The notes under the pieces: generated by a model | The model's input: the letters and a program-made list of their open reading frames with translations, nothing else | The model's database searches: none | What the model was told of the DNA's origin: nothing | Assembly (NCBI GenBank): GCA_040954595.2 | Contig: CM082589.2 | Coordinates: 4,540,213 to 4,604,212 of the forward strand | DNA from: Balanoglossus misakiensis | Taxonomy: Eukaryota; Animalia; Hemichordata | DNA length: 64,000 bases | Reading direction: 5' to 3' | Program-made: the position numbers and the translations under genes | Part shown: piece after piece, positions 1-11,838 of the stretch | How the letters are laid out: each line of letters begins with the position of its first letter | How positions within the stretch are numbered: the stretch's first letter is position 1

Positions 1-552
1 ACTCAAAGGCTATATCACGTGTGTACTTTATTTGCAAGTACATGTGAAAAATGAGTTTTAGTGAATCATTAACCTTACCCCATCAATGGTATTTACGCAC
101 ACTCAACATTTGGTCACAATATTGAAGTAGTAACAATCCCGGATGAAATGTGATAACATTGATATTTACAAGGTTTGTCGACGTCATTTTGTTGTTGATA
201 TTGTTGTCGCATGGCACATTCTCCGATAAATATTAACAGCCATTGACCTCATACTCACCAGTGTCAAATATCAACAAAGCGTTTAGTGTCGCGTCCTTCG
301 AATTGAACCGATTTATAGACCACACCTTGGACTTAATTAGGAAAAATACGACACATAAAAAACTGTCATGTAGGTCTTATGGCCATCATGCAATTGCGAA
401 TTACAGTCACACATAATATGTTGCGTAATGTTAAATTTGTACGCGTTTAACGACCATTTCCCGAGTTTATGAAATCTCGCGTGGGTAGGTATTATACTCA
501 GGACATGCAACACACAGCACACAAAACAATCAAGGAACGAAAGAGTGACTGT

Positions 553-620
553 AAGAAAGAAAGAAAGTAAGTAAGAAAGAAATAAAGAAATAAAGAAAGA
601 AAGAAAGAAAGAAAGAAAGA
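553..620. repeat. (GAAA)n microsatellite
   Basis: Imperfect run of gaaa/taaa tetramers; on the minus strand it directly follows the terminator of ncRNA candidate 1. Confidence 0.9.
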
Positions 621-622
621 AC

Positions 623-757
623 AAAAGAGTGAGTGTCGAATTGGCCTGGTGGGGTACCCCACGACACTGCCCCGATCTTGGAACAGTGTCGCTTACGGAG
701 AGAAAGTCACACGCTTCTGGCTCATATGAATGAAGTCCACCACGCCACGGCTCACCC
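623..757 (-). ncRNA. Candidate Pol III structured small RNA, copy 1 (vault-RNA-like)
   Basis: Minus strand: 5' GGGUGAG pairs with 3' CUCACUC, followed by UUUU. A-box-like UGGCGUGGUGG near the 5' end pairs with CCACCAGGCCA. B-box-like AUUCGACAC near the 3' end. Internal hairpin CGACACUG/CAGUGUCG. Paralogous to 1298-1431. Confidence 0.6.
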
Positions 758-1297
758 TGAACAGATTGGAACAGAAACTCGGCTATGAATGTGTGTCAGT
801 CTGATGAAACTGTTGTGCAATACCTGTCAGCTAACTTTAGCCGCTGGAGGGCGCTGATGAAACTGGCAGCAACAGTTGTGCAATCTCTGCCAATTTGACA
901 TTCTGGACGCTTGAGGGCGGGATTCATCTGGCAGTGTGAGTTCATTGACCCCAGTCATGGTGTTGAGCGAGTAAACCTCGAAATTTGTGCATGATATCAG
1001 GACAGTTTACAATTGTCCCATCGCCAGGCGTTGATGCCTCCAATAATGATTCTTGGAACTTTGCTTCCAATATTAGGCACCTCTGATTCTCTATTGACGT
1101 GATTTTAAATACATGTTTTTACTCACTAACTGTTAACGTTTTAACTTATCTAGTCATCTTGGCCACAATAACAAACTTAAGTTCAAAATTGACAAGAAAG
1201 TGTTTCGATCATTTAAAATAAAAAAATGAAACGAAAAAAAAAACGCTCCAAGGGAGCAAGAAAAATGAAACCATTTTCAGAAAAAAGGAAAAACTGT

Positions 1298-1431
1298 AAA
1301 AGGTGAGTGTCGAATTAGCGAAGTGGGGGACCTCAGGTCTCCGCGAGTTGCGATCGCGGATCCCCGTACGAGGTAAACAGTCACACGCTTCTGTCTCGTG
1401 AGAGTAGAGCCCACCACGCCACGGCTCACCT
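1298..1431 (-). ncRNA. Candidate Pol III structured small RNA, copy 2 (vault-RNA-like)
   Basis: Minus strand: AGGUGAG...CUCACCU then UUU. Same A-box-like and B-box-like motifs as copy 1; UGGCGUGGUGGG pairs with CCCACUUCGCUA. Internal hairpin UCCGCGA/UCGCGGA. TATA-like ATAAATA about 25-30 nt upstream. Confidence 0.6.
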
Positions 1432-4400
1432 GCAAACAGGCGACGCAATTCTACTATTTATCCCTGCAGAGCGACAATAGCTATTGTGTTCTTGGAGTTG
1501 TGCAATCTTCGCCATGTGAGGTGAACACTATTTGGCCACGAGAGGGCGATGCACGCGTTGCCGGATCGGGCTGGTGACTAACACGCGATTTACTCATAGA
1601 TGATTTATTTGTTTGACATTTCCTTGTACGAAAATGATTATCCTGGGAGGTCATAGGGGTGATAACGCTCGGTAATTAATTCCACCCACGCGGCATTTTG
1701 GCAAGGCTGGGGCTTCACAGTATCGATCAAAAGGCAGAAGATTGATGCCAAATAAAGGATTTACTCTCTTAAAGAATCTTCATCTACTTACCAGTTTATC
1801 AGGAAATAAGGCACATCTTCCAAGCCGGCGAGGAACAGAACAGCTCACACGGGCAAGTCCAAATTAGTAGCTACGCCGCAACACGACGTGCGGGCTTTTT
1901 ATATGGGGAAAATAATGAATGCACCACACCTGGTCACGCAAATATTCAAATTACGAAAGTAAGCGAAAACACACCTGGTCACAAAACAACAGCAAACTTC
2001 TCCTACGTAACAATGTTTCAATCACAATATTTCACTGTTGCAGCATATATAATATTGTCAAATGTCTGACAAAATACTCGTATTACATGTATAGCTGACC
2101 AGAAGAGCAGATGACAGACTCTGTTGGTGCAATTTAAAGTCGCACTTATTATGTTTTTCTCGTACATATGATAAGTGACTTCAGTTATCTATCTGAGTGT
2201 CGAACTTCATCTTCGCCGCTTCCACCCTCGGTTGAATGGAAAGTAATCAGAAAATGGCGAACAAAAACGCACAACCATTGCCCCAGGGGCCCAGCATTCA
2301 ATTCTCTTTCGCTTTCTGATGCGTAGCCAGCTAGCTGAACACTTGAAGACGCTCTACCGGACCAGAATCTGCCCTGACTCGAACCTGTTTACATATTCTA
2401 ATCGAGTACTCTGTACACGTACTTCCAATTATGGAGGCATTAAAATTATACAGACATTACATTTCAATGATTTTTACATTTTATCGTGCAGCATTGAGGA
2501 GCAATTTTATGCCATCAATAATATTTTCATAAGTTTGACCCTCGCGGTCGTCCGTTGTTGTGTGTGAGAAGGTATTTATGTCGACCTCAGTTTGTAGGCC
2601 GCGACTGCACTTTTAGTTCACATCGATACTATGTGCGTCATTCCAAGTTGCGCAATTCGTAAGAGATCATGATCAGCGCTACTAACAAAGGCCGCCGTCT
2701 GCGTAAAAAGTTTCACCGATGCGCAATTCATCAGCGACCCGTGTACTCATCTGTGAGGTCGGGCAATGTCACTCATGGCAATTACAATTAAAAAAGTATA
2801 TGTACATCACCTGCATGGTAAATAGTAGGTAATTGTAAACGGCAGAAGAAAATTCACCTCAGTGTATATTAAAAACGACAACAATATTATTTATACAGAT
2901 TATCAAATTGTTTGGAGGAAGATGGAATTTTATAGAACATAACAAGGAGCATGATTCTTAAAAACATAAAATTCTCAGAATGACTTTCAGCAGACGACAC
3001 AATTTGGCAAGCCATGTCAGACTTTGCAAGGATTTTTCCCGCAGGCGACAAGCCTGTGTTTTTTATTCATTATTCTCGAAAAAGGGCGTGTGTGTTGTTT
3101 TTCTAGACAACCCTGCATAGTTTCAATGAAACAAACCCATTACAGGATGAAATGCATGCGAAGAACGCTTTGGGTTAATCGAACGTTTTAGCCCACAGTG
3201 TGAAATCAATCAGAATCGTTTTAGCAAAATGAGGGTATAAACCGCGCCAATTTCAGATCGTTTCCTCTGATGACAGTGCACTTTTTATCTTGGCACTTCC
3301 TTCCTCGTTAAAGAGTTCGCTCACGTTCGGCGACAGGTTCCAAATGTTACGCTTCGAAGGTTTAATAAACGCTTGGACTAATCAATTTTGCGCGCGTTTG
3401 CAATATCAGTTCCAACTGACGTGTTCAGTAGAGTAACTATATATATATACACCACCACGTCGATAACATCATCTACGAAATAGGAAAACGTTGATAAACT
3501 CTGGGCGCGTCAGTACCGTATCTATGCACAGTGCATCCGCAAGTTTGGAAGATTTACGGGGAGAATAAAACGCGGGAATGGCTTCGGGGCGAACTCCGGT
3601 TAAAATTCCTGAATTAAAGAGCCACAGAAACGAATCGTATAAGTATATCATTTCTGCAAAATCTAGTACGAGCTTTGGATTCGAAATTCATGATTTTTTT
3701 TATTTCCGAAGAGCTAAGAATCTGCAGGTCTCATTTGAACAAAAATATCCATTCAACATATTTATATTCTAGAACTAACAACTAAAATTACTGTTAAAAT
3801 CCTCGGTACATGAACGTGAGAATGGAGTCCTTTAATTAGTAAACCAGGCGACAGTAGCTATGGAATTCTTACTCTATGTGTGTGTACTAACTCTTTCGTC
3901 CCCTGAACACCCAAAATGTATTTATTGTGATTACCCAAAGCATGTTCAAAATCCAATCATTCGGCTTCTGGTGCGTTACAGGGTCTATGGCTACACACCA
4001 CTTTTCTCACCACTAATTATTGGCCTGGATATCAAGTTGACTCTCAACGCAAAATGGCGTCCAGGAACTTATGTTCAACATGAGTTCGGAAAATGGTCTA
4101 TCCGATGTCATGAAGAATACGGCAGTGGCTTCATTTCTCGGTGCACTAGCTGTCCGATATTTACCCGCCGGGCGTCTATACGTTTCCGCAGTCCCCACAA
4201 GCTCCATAACTTTTGAATTGAAGCCAATTTGTTGAAGTCAATTTATTGTAAATCGCGGTTCGGCGGAGCACTAAGTTGTCCCACGAGAGAGGGCCGCAGT
4301 AATCTTCAGGAAATGAAGGCTCTTTGGCTCGACGTGATGTGAAATTCGTGCACCCAGACAAATTCCAAGGCCGGGATTGATGACTGTCCGTTCAAGAATT

Positions 4401-4962
4401 TGCCAGTCGCCACAAATCCGTGTACTGATTTGTATATAGACACTGCATCGTTCGTGCTATATTTGGTGTTGCCAGTTTTATTAACTGCAAACGCTTTGAG
4501 AGAATTCTTTAATGAGCTGATGGTTAGCTGTTCCCAGGAGAATGAATCAGATTCGGTGGAAGTTCAGTGTCAACTGCAGACAGTCACGTGGTGCTCACAC
4601 ATGTTGTCTGAATCCAGTACTACCGAACGAGTGTACAGTGGGCGCGATGAAGCGGTGGACAAACGCACCCTTTAACCCTCAGAATCACCCTACATGTCTT
4701 CAGCATACGTTCCCTCGGCCACGTGACAGTCGACCCAAACCTTGACAGTAAATCCACCGTGGGCGATCCTGATGACCTAACCTTGCCTGCCGCTCGTGTT
4801 GGATCTTCATAAAACATTACGGCTCGTATAAAAAACATGTACCACGGCAACAAAATCGTTAGTAATCATCGGCCCCCCGAGAAAGCCACCATCTGCGCAT
4901 GTGTAGGAGGAGACAAATATAATACAAGAACAGTTCGACATTGAAAGTCAGCAAAATTTCTC

Positions 4963-7378
4963 TCAGTAGGACTTTAACATGTGAACGTATTCCACATAGT
5001 TTATTTTTCCGTCGTGGTTTTTGTCCGCCACCCTCATCATCCGGGTAACTTTCTCCTCCGATGCGTCTTTACCGCAGTCCTTCATCGCCGCCATGAGTTC
5101 GTCGTAGGTGATGTAACCGCTGTTATCTGTGTCGATCATTCGGAATGCAGTCATGATTTCCCTTTCCTCTTTGGGTGAAAGCTCTGAAATGTTTCAAAAG
5201 AAATGGAGTCTTGTTAGGCCTATTTTTACGTATATGTGCCAAAGTTTCGCGAATTCTCCGTTCCAAAATTGATGAATCGTTAAAGGCGAGTCCACTATAT
5301 CATTAGCCGGTAAATCACGCGGTGGCATCCGGTTTCTGTGTCAAAGGTCGAACACTGGAGGAGATAAATCACACACACCTCTCGCGGCTTTTTCAGTTCG
5401 CTTTATTATAGATGGAACATCATAAATCAACAGGTGATAATTGATAACAGTACTTTATAAAATGCACTCCTTTGAAAATTGTACCTGTTGTTATGAATAA
5501 TAAAAAGCTGTGTTCACGAAGAAATTGTCTTTAATGAGAATCTGCCATATGTTGTTTTTTGTCATTTACACGCAGCAAAGAATGCACGTTACAATTTTGT
5601 CACATGGAACGAACAGCATCTCACAATCGGAGACTACCGGCTCCTGGTGAAATTCCTGGGCGTCTTTGCCCAATATATATTTGCTTTTTGGCGATTCTTA
5701 CCACGAGTTCCTAACGACTTGAGCAAATTGCCCCGTTCTGTCGATGTATGCATTGAATGCCACGCCACATCATCGCCAACGTTTGGTTCAGTTACCCAGT
5801 GTCGACGACAAAGTGAATAATTCATCTCGCGCCTTTCATGGCGGAAAACTATCATTTGTATCGTTAACTGTCACATCAACAACCAATGAACTCTTCACAA
5901 AATGACAGAACGGATGGCCCTTACTAAAGGTGTACATTTGAAGAATGTACTAAAATGTTATATAACCCAAGAAAAAAATCACATTATATATTCTACATCA
6001 ATCATCAAATACCGTGTTAAATATTACACAGAAATACTTATCTCTTTTATTATGAAATCACGTGTGAATAAACATTGGACACAGTGAAGGTGTTCATCGC
6101 AATAGACATGATCAACGCCCCTGGCGCGGTGGCAAATGCTGACTAGACATTATCAAACACGAATAATTGCGTGATCTGTCAAAAACCTGCACTACACGCG
6201 ATGTTTTACTTCATATCCCGTGGAAATACCCTTTGTACCGGTCACGGTACGGTAGCTTCGCATCATCGCCACCGTCTTCACTGATCGTGCCGTTCCGACA
6301 AGTGCAGACGAAATTTACGAGTTCATCGCCTTCGGGCTGATACACGGAGAATGTAGTTCTGGGCCGACGACGGGGTGTTTAGACGTCGTTAGCAAATACA
6401 GCGTATTTTAATATCTTAGCAAAACAAAAGGCTCGCTACGGCGGTGTTTGTACATTAACTATAATTTATTTCCGTAGTTAAATAAATTCCAAAAATATAC
6501 CTGCCTCAGAGTACACAATGCCTGGGGCTATATAAAGCCTTAGACGAAGAAAATGAAAATCATTGCTAGTCTTGAGCTTAAAAACACACCATGACCGCTT
6601 TCACTGCAACAATTTCACTGAAATTAACCGGTTCTGAGTTGTTGTTGTAACTGTTGTTGTTGTTTTTGTTGTTGTTGTGGTTTTGAAAATTGAAAGCTCA
6701 TCTGCTCGTCCCGGGAAAGTTTGCATGCTTCGTAAAAAAAGACAGGGATTCGCTTTTAAGAAAGGGTTGTGGAATTAGTTACGTCACAACTGCTAATCTC
6801 TTGTACAGACTGTTTTACCTCGATCTTTTTCCCCTTTCCTTGCAAGAAGAAATGCAAAAAAAAAGTTTTGTAACAACCCGAACTGCTGATTAGCCGGAGA
6901 ATTGGTGATTAGCCTCGCATTGTTCATTGTCACGGGCACGCTTGAATTAGCGTTTAATTAGGCTGATTAAAATTTCATCAGGCGTCACATAGCCTCTTTC
7001 AGTCGTGTCCCGGTCTCTCGTTGTTTCGCTCGAAGCAATTTTGTAGAAACGGGTTGGGTTGTTTTTACAACGTGATGAAACCTAGACTCCACTCAAACAG
7101 TGTCAAGATTGTCCAGTCATTGTTACTTGGTTGAGTATCACCACAGTCATTCGTGGTATCACACAGCAGATGAAATAGGCTCTCTGTGTGTTAGTGTATA
7201 GGAGTTTAACACGAAACTGAAATTTACAGCAGTCGCCTTTTAAAATATCTTTGCAGGCGTCTCACATCTACCACGAGAAACACGTTCTCTGTTCCTAACC
7301 CCCGGGAATACTTAGACTACAGAGTCCGAGCTTACCTGGAAGCGAATCAACGTCGTCACTGCTAGTCACACACCCCAT
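4963..7378 (-). CDS. EF-hand gene 1: N-acylated single-lobe calmodulin-like protein (~87 aa)
   Basis: Exon 7378-7336 (MGCVTSSDDVDSLP, donor G|GTAAGC) joins in phase 1 to exon 5183-4963 (acceptor atttcAG; ELSPKEEREIMTAFRMIDTDNSGYITYDE...DKNHDGKINYVEYVHMLKSY*). Two canonical EF loops. Small internal exons cannot be excluded. Confidence 0.85.
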
Positions 7379-10300
7379 CTCCGCGGCTGAATGGTGAATC
7401 TCCGCTCTCGTCGATCGCTCCTGTATTGTGTGTACACGCTGTCGCAACTCCCAGCGACCGTTGTCTCTCTGGAAGTAATCCGGTTTGAAAAAAAGTTTCC
7501 ACAAAACCTGAGTGAAGTACCTTCGAACGAAATTCAACCTGCGCGCGGTACGGTGCTTTAACCTGAAAATAGCAGGTGTCGCCAGTGGACGCCGAGATAT
7601 TGATTCATTCACTCACTTTATCCGTGTGCGGTGTGTGTGTGTGTATTCATCACAACGTCTTTCAAAAGCCAGCGTGACCCCTGACCCCTGACGGGGTCGC
7701 AGAAACGCAATGGGATCGTCCTCCTAGCCTTTGACGTCATCTGAGGGACGGCGCGTTAATTAATAAGCGATTGTGAGACAGCTTGTGCAATGCCGATCAA
7801 TAATTGGTCACGGATCGTACGTCGCTGCAATGCAATGGGGAACCTGAAACACTCCCTCCGCCCCCAGTGACCTGATTTTGTTCGCGCATGTGCCGTGGGT
7901 TTTCTTAGGAGTAATCCCCTCGGGAAGGGACAACCCCACTGCGTGCATAACTTACAACCAGTCGCGTCTCTCCAGTCACCCGCTCAATGCCGTTTGACAA
8001 GACGGCGGCAACTATGGTCACACAACTTTACGATGACAAAAGGCGTAGGGATCAGGAAAGAAAGATCACAGAGCGACATGGTCGCCCTGGCAACGCTTGA
8101 CGTCACCTGCGTGCACACCGCCGCAGGTAATTGTAATACTAATACAGCTAAATCCGCACGTTGAAATGAATAGAACACCGAAAACGAATAAAAAAGACAT
8201 CATCATCAATCATATTTATCGATTAAATGTTTAAACATTTGTGTGTAATTCATACAAGGCTACAGGTAGTTCGGCGTGAGGGGGGGGGGGGGGGGGACTG
8301 GGAGGTTAGAGTTGGTTAATGTTCTAGACCCGAACAGAGGCCAACATAAAAGGGTGCGATTATGGATTTGGCATTACACGGACCGTGAAAAACGAGGCTA
8401 CGTCACAGACAGACAACAATAGTCCAGGTAAATCCCCCCTCTGAGAAAACCAGAGCAAAGATAGCGTGTGTACCAGTATCACGACGACGAGCACACAACA
8501 AACAAACAAACACTCGTCAACGTGAAAAAGATGAAGCCCGATCTTTGTCCGTCCTTTGCCGCGATGTCTTGTCCGCCTCGGCAACCAACGGCAAACAATA
8601 GGCTTCAAATGTGTCAAATGTGTTAGTCGCCGCGGAGATTTCCCAGAATACTTAACACCTTTTGACAATAGCGTAGCGAGTCTGTCTTTTCTCTTTGTCT
8701 GTGGCATAGAGTAACGTTGAACTTTCAACAGAAAAAAGGCACAAAATTCAGCGGTAGTCTAAAACTGAACTTCGTCGAATTGAACGAGGCGTTAAGAATT
8801 GAAAGCGATTTCATATGCTGCCTCACACTGACTCCTTCTATTGCAATATTTAACACGGCGATCTAGAGGTTGCCCGTACCGAATACGCTCACACATAGAT
8901 TCACAATCATTTATGCGCGCCACTGCAGCACCCAATCGACAGGGTCAGGTCGACCGCGGTCCCGTGATTGCCTGATGAATTTTGATTATCGGATTCCCAT
9001 TCAATTTCGAATGAAAAAGTTAAAGATATTGACCCTTTTGAGAATCTAATACACTTAAGACGGCTGTTCTTTGAATAACCGTCTTTTTTTCTGAGATTCA
9101 CGATAACCACTGACGTTCTTTTAAATCTATCGCTGTCGCGATCATTTATATGCGGTATCGGGTACCATACTGTGTCCAAACTATCTATCAGCATGGTGGG
9201 GATCTCGTATTTTATGGGAACATTATGTCGCTGAAAATCCACTTCTCCCTGGAATTCATAAGTTCTCCAATGGTGGGGATTTTAAAGGACAGGGAAGCTA
9301 TTTGAAGCATTTTATTGCGGGCAAAATATGTGAAATTTGGCAGCTCGTGGGGCTTTAATTCCCGAATCGTTGATAAATGTACTGCGACTCTTCATGACAA
9401 AAAACATCACTTGGCATCTGTGTAAACATTGTACAATTCACACACCCGTAAATATGCCGACCAAAATTAAATAATGCATAATTGTTTGACAAACTGTCAG
9501 GGTAATTCTTCATAAGCATTTGTCATTTTTCCACGTATTCTGTGACGTGAACGTTGGCCTAAATTTCCCAGTCTAATAATCAGTGGAAATCTCGTGGAGT
9601 AAAGCGGAGACAACTCATCATGATATTGTGAATGCGGGTGCATGCATTACAATGCCATTGTGTTCATGACGCAGCCTATACTCAATATCCATTTTAATTC
9701 ACAAGATTATTTTACTGGTGACATTTAATAAAAAACCAACAATCACCCATTCTGATTTATGAATAATTAGAAGTATTGTACTTCCCACTTTAAATCGTTT
9801 ACTTGACGAGAACGTTTCCATTTTATATTTTTAAATTTCTATATTTTTGAATTTATGTTTTACATGTATCTGACTCACACAAGTTGACGACCCAATGACT
9901 CACAGGCAGACAGACAGACAGACAGACACATATCACATAAACCGTGTGAAGTAGGGACTCAAACGTACTGTCACAGGGCCACTAACCTGAAATAAAGGTC
10001 ATATAATATTCAAGACAGTGTGTTGTTTTATCTTTTTACAAGGTTTTTAGATTTATAATGGTAATTTGTGTCATTTTATATCCATCTCTGACGCGTGTGT
10101 TTCGCCAAACTTATTGGCATCTGTATAAAGAAATATGTTGTAACTCCTGAATTGTCGTAAATTTTATATACTGTCTGGTGTGAGACAAGTTGCAACTGCC
10201 ATGAATACATGTACATACATGTGCATTCGGATTCTCAACATTGCTGGACTTATAGTCAGAATTTTAGAAGTCAGTCTTCACTGATACATTACGGAATGTT

Positions 10301-11697
10301 TTCTGTGTTAGTTTGTTTATCCTACAGTGTATTCAAATCGATTTTGTAGAGTACAAGTTGATTTTGAAAAGATCTCCAGCGCTTCGTGTGTATAGACAAT
10401 AAGTAGCATTGAATGGACGCCTATACAGATTGGCGGGTCTTGTTCTGCGTCAATCTCTACACAATGACGATACGGTCGGGGTGAGAATAGATCGGATCGG
10501 CTACTAAGTATATTGTGTTGAGATATTCCTTTGTTGGATCAATCATCGTGGGAATTGTTTGTCATGTGTTAATGAGTTGATTAGCAGCTACAAACATAAT
10601 TGACACAGTTAAATCGATTAACAGTGTAAATATACCTATACCATAATTAACATATTACAGTTAATTAAGATCAGCTTTCGAGCAAAAAATCAAGGCCGTG
10701 TTCCTCGTTTTTCGTGGCAAAGAGGAATGCGCAGCAAACTCAACCTTTCCCTCCAGTACAAAAACCATTAGGGCTAGACTTAATCTCGACAGACTGTTTG
10801 GATCAGAAACTCATGAATAATAATTCTGTAGAGACCATCTGTAAAGAAATGTGTTTTTCTTTTGAACTGTAATCATATAAATTATACATCAGTTCAAAGG
10901 TTCAAAGACATCGGGCATGAAGGCCAACATATGCCGAATTGCACTGTATTTACATGAACATATACCTGCGTACTCTAACTGAATTCGTAATTTCTTCTGA
11001 AGATTAATGATAGCAACATATAGACAGATAGGGCAGCATGTGTTTTTGCTCCAGGCCTCAGTGGACTCGTATAAATAAATGACTACAGTTGTACATGTCA
11101 CGGTGAAGACTTCAGTGACCAGCGCCATGTATGGCCTCCATGGGGTTTTCTTTTGTTTACATTTGTGCTAACATAATCAGCAATGGATTGCATTTTGGCT
11201 GAATATAATATTGCCACTGGTGCGCCCTCCGATGGGTCACTTTCGTTTTACACGTTGTCATGGCAACATAGGCGGAAATCGGAAGCTATACAAACGTCAC
11301 CACATAACCTGTGCGTAATGCAGAATGTAATATAAAACCCAATAAAAACATTATGATGGACCGTTTGTATATCAAAGGTAACGGCAACAAAAATGTTTTT
11401 GAAGAAAATCCTTGCGTGAGTGTATGGGGGCACTGTACAAGTCGACGTCACCGCTAGTCGCGGGGTCACGCCTGTATCCAAGGAATCAGTGAGTCGACGC
11501 GGTATAGCAAACTCATTATATGGACGATGCTTTCACATGTATACACGCCTATTCACCGCGTCTGTTGACAAAAGACGTGGACTCAAGTTAGTCGAGAAGG
11601 AGACGGAACAAATGGCTCCCGTCTTTGTTTGAAGACAACAATGGAGAGATCGTAACCACCGTAGCGGCTTTGTCCGGCGCTGTTCTGCCTTGGCTCC

Positions 11698-11706
11698 CTT
11701 TAAATA
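11698..11706 (+). promoter_or_regulatory. TATA-like element upstream of EF-hand gene 2
   Basis: TTTAAATA in a GC-richer context about 135 nt upstream of the ATG at 11839. Confidence 0.4.
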
Positions 11707-11838
11707 GACTCTGGTTGAGGGTAGAGACGGGCCGAGCTCTTTTTGGTTACAATCTGTCAGCGACCACGACAACAACAGAGAGAGCGAGAGAGAGAAGATA
11801 TATTTCGGTGGCGACTGTCTGGTTTACCTGTTGCCGAG

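Noticed and set aside
791-870. Two CTGATGA motifs followed by GAAAC (hammerhead ribozyme core?)
   Set aside because: The required stems I-III cannot be formed; better explained as a short local duplication.
2193-2205. tgagtgtcgaac, matching the 3' block of the ncRNA candidates
   Set aside because: No matching 5' block, central motif or TTTT terminator; a chance match or decayed remnant.
9282-9793. Possible TTAA-bounded MITE (ttaaagg...ctttaa)
   Set aside because: Terminal inverted repeats are too short and imperfect, and there is no second copy in the window.
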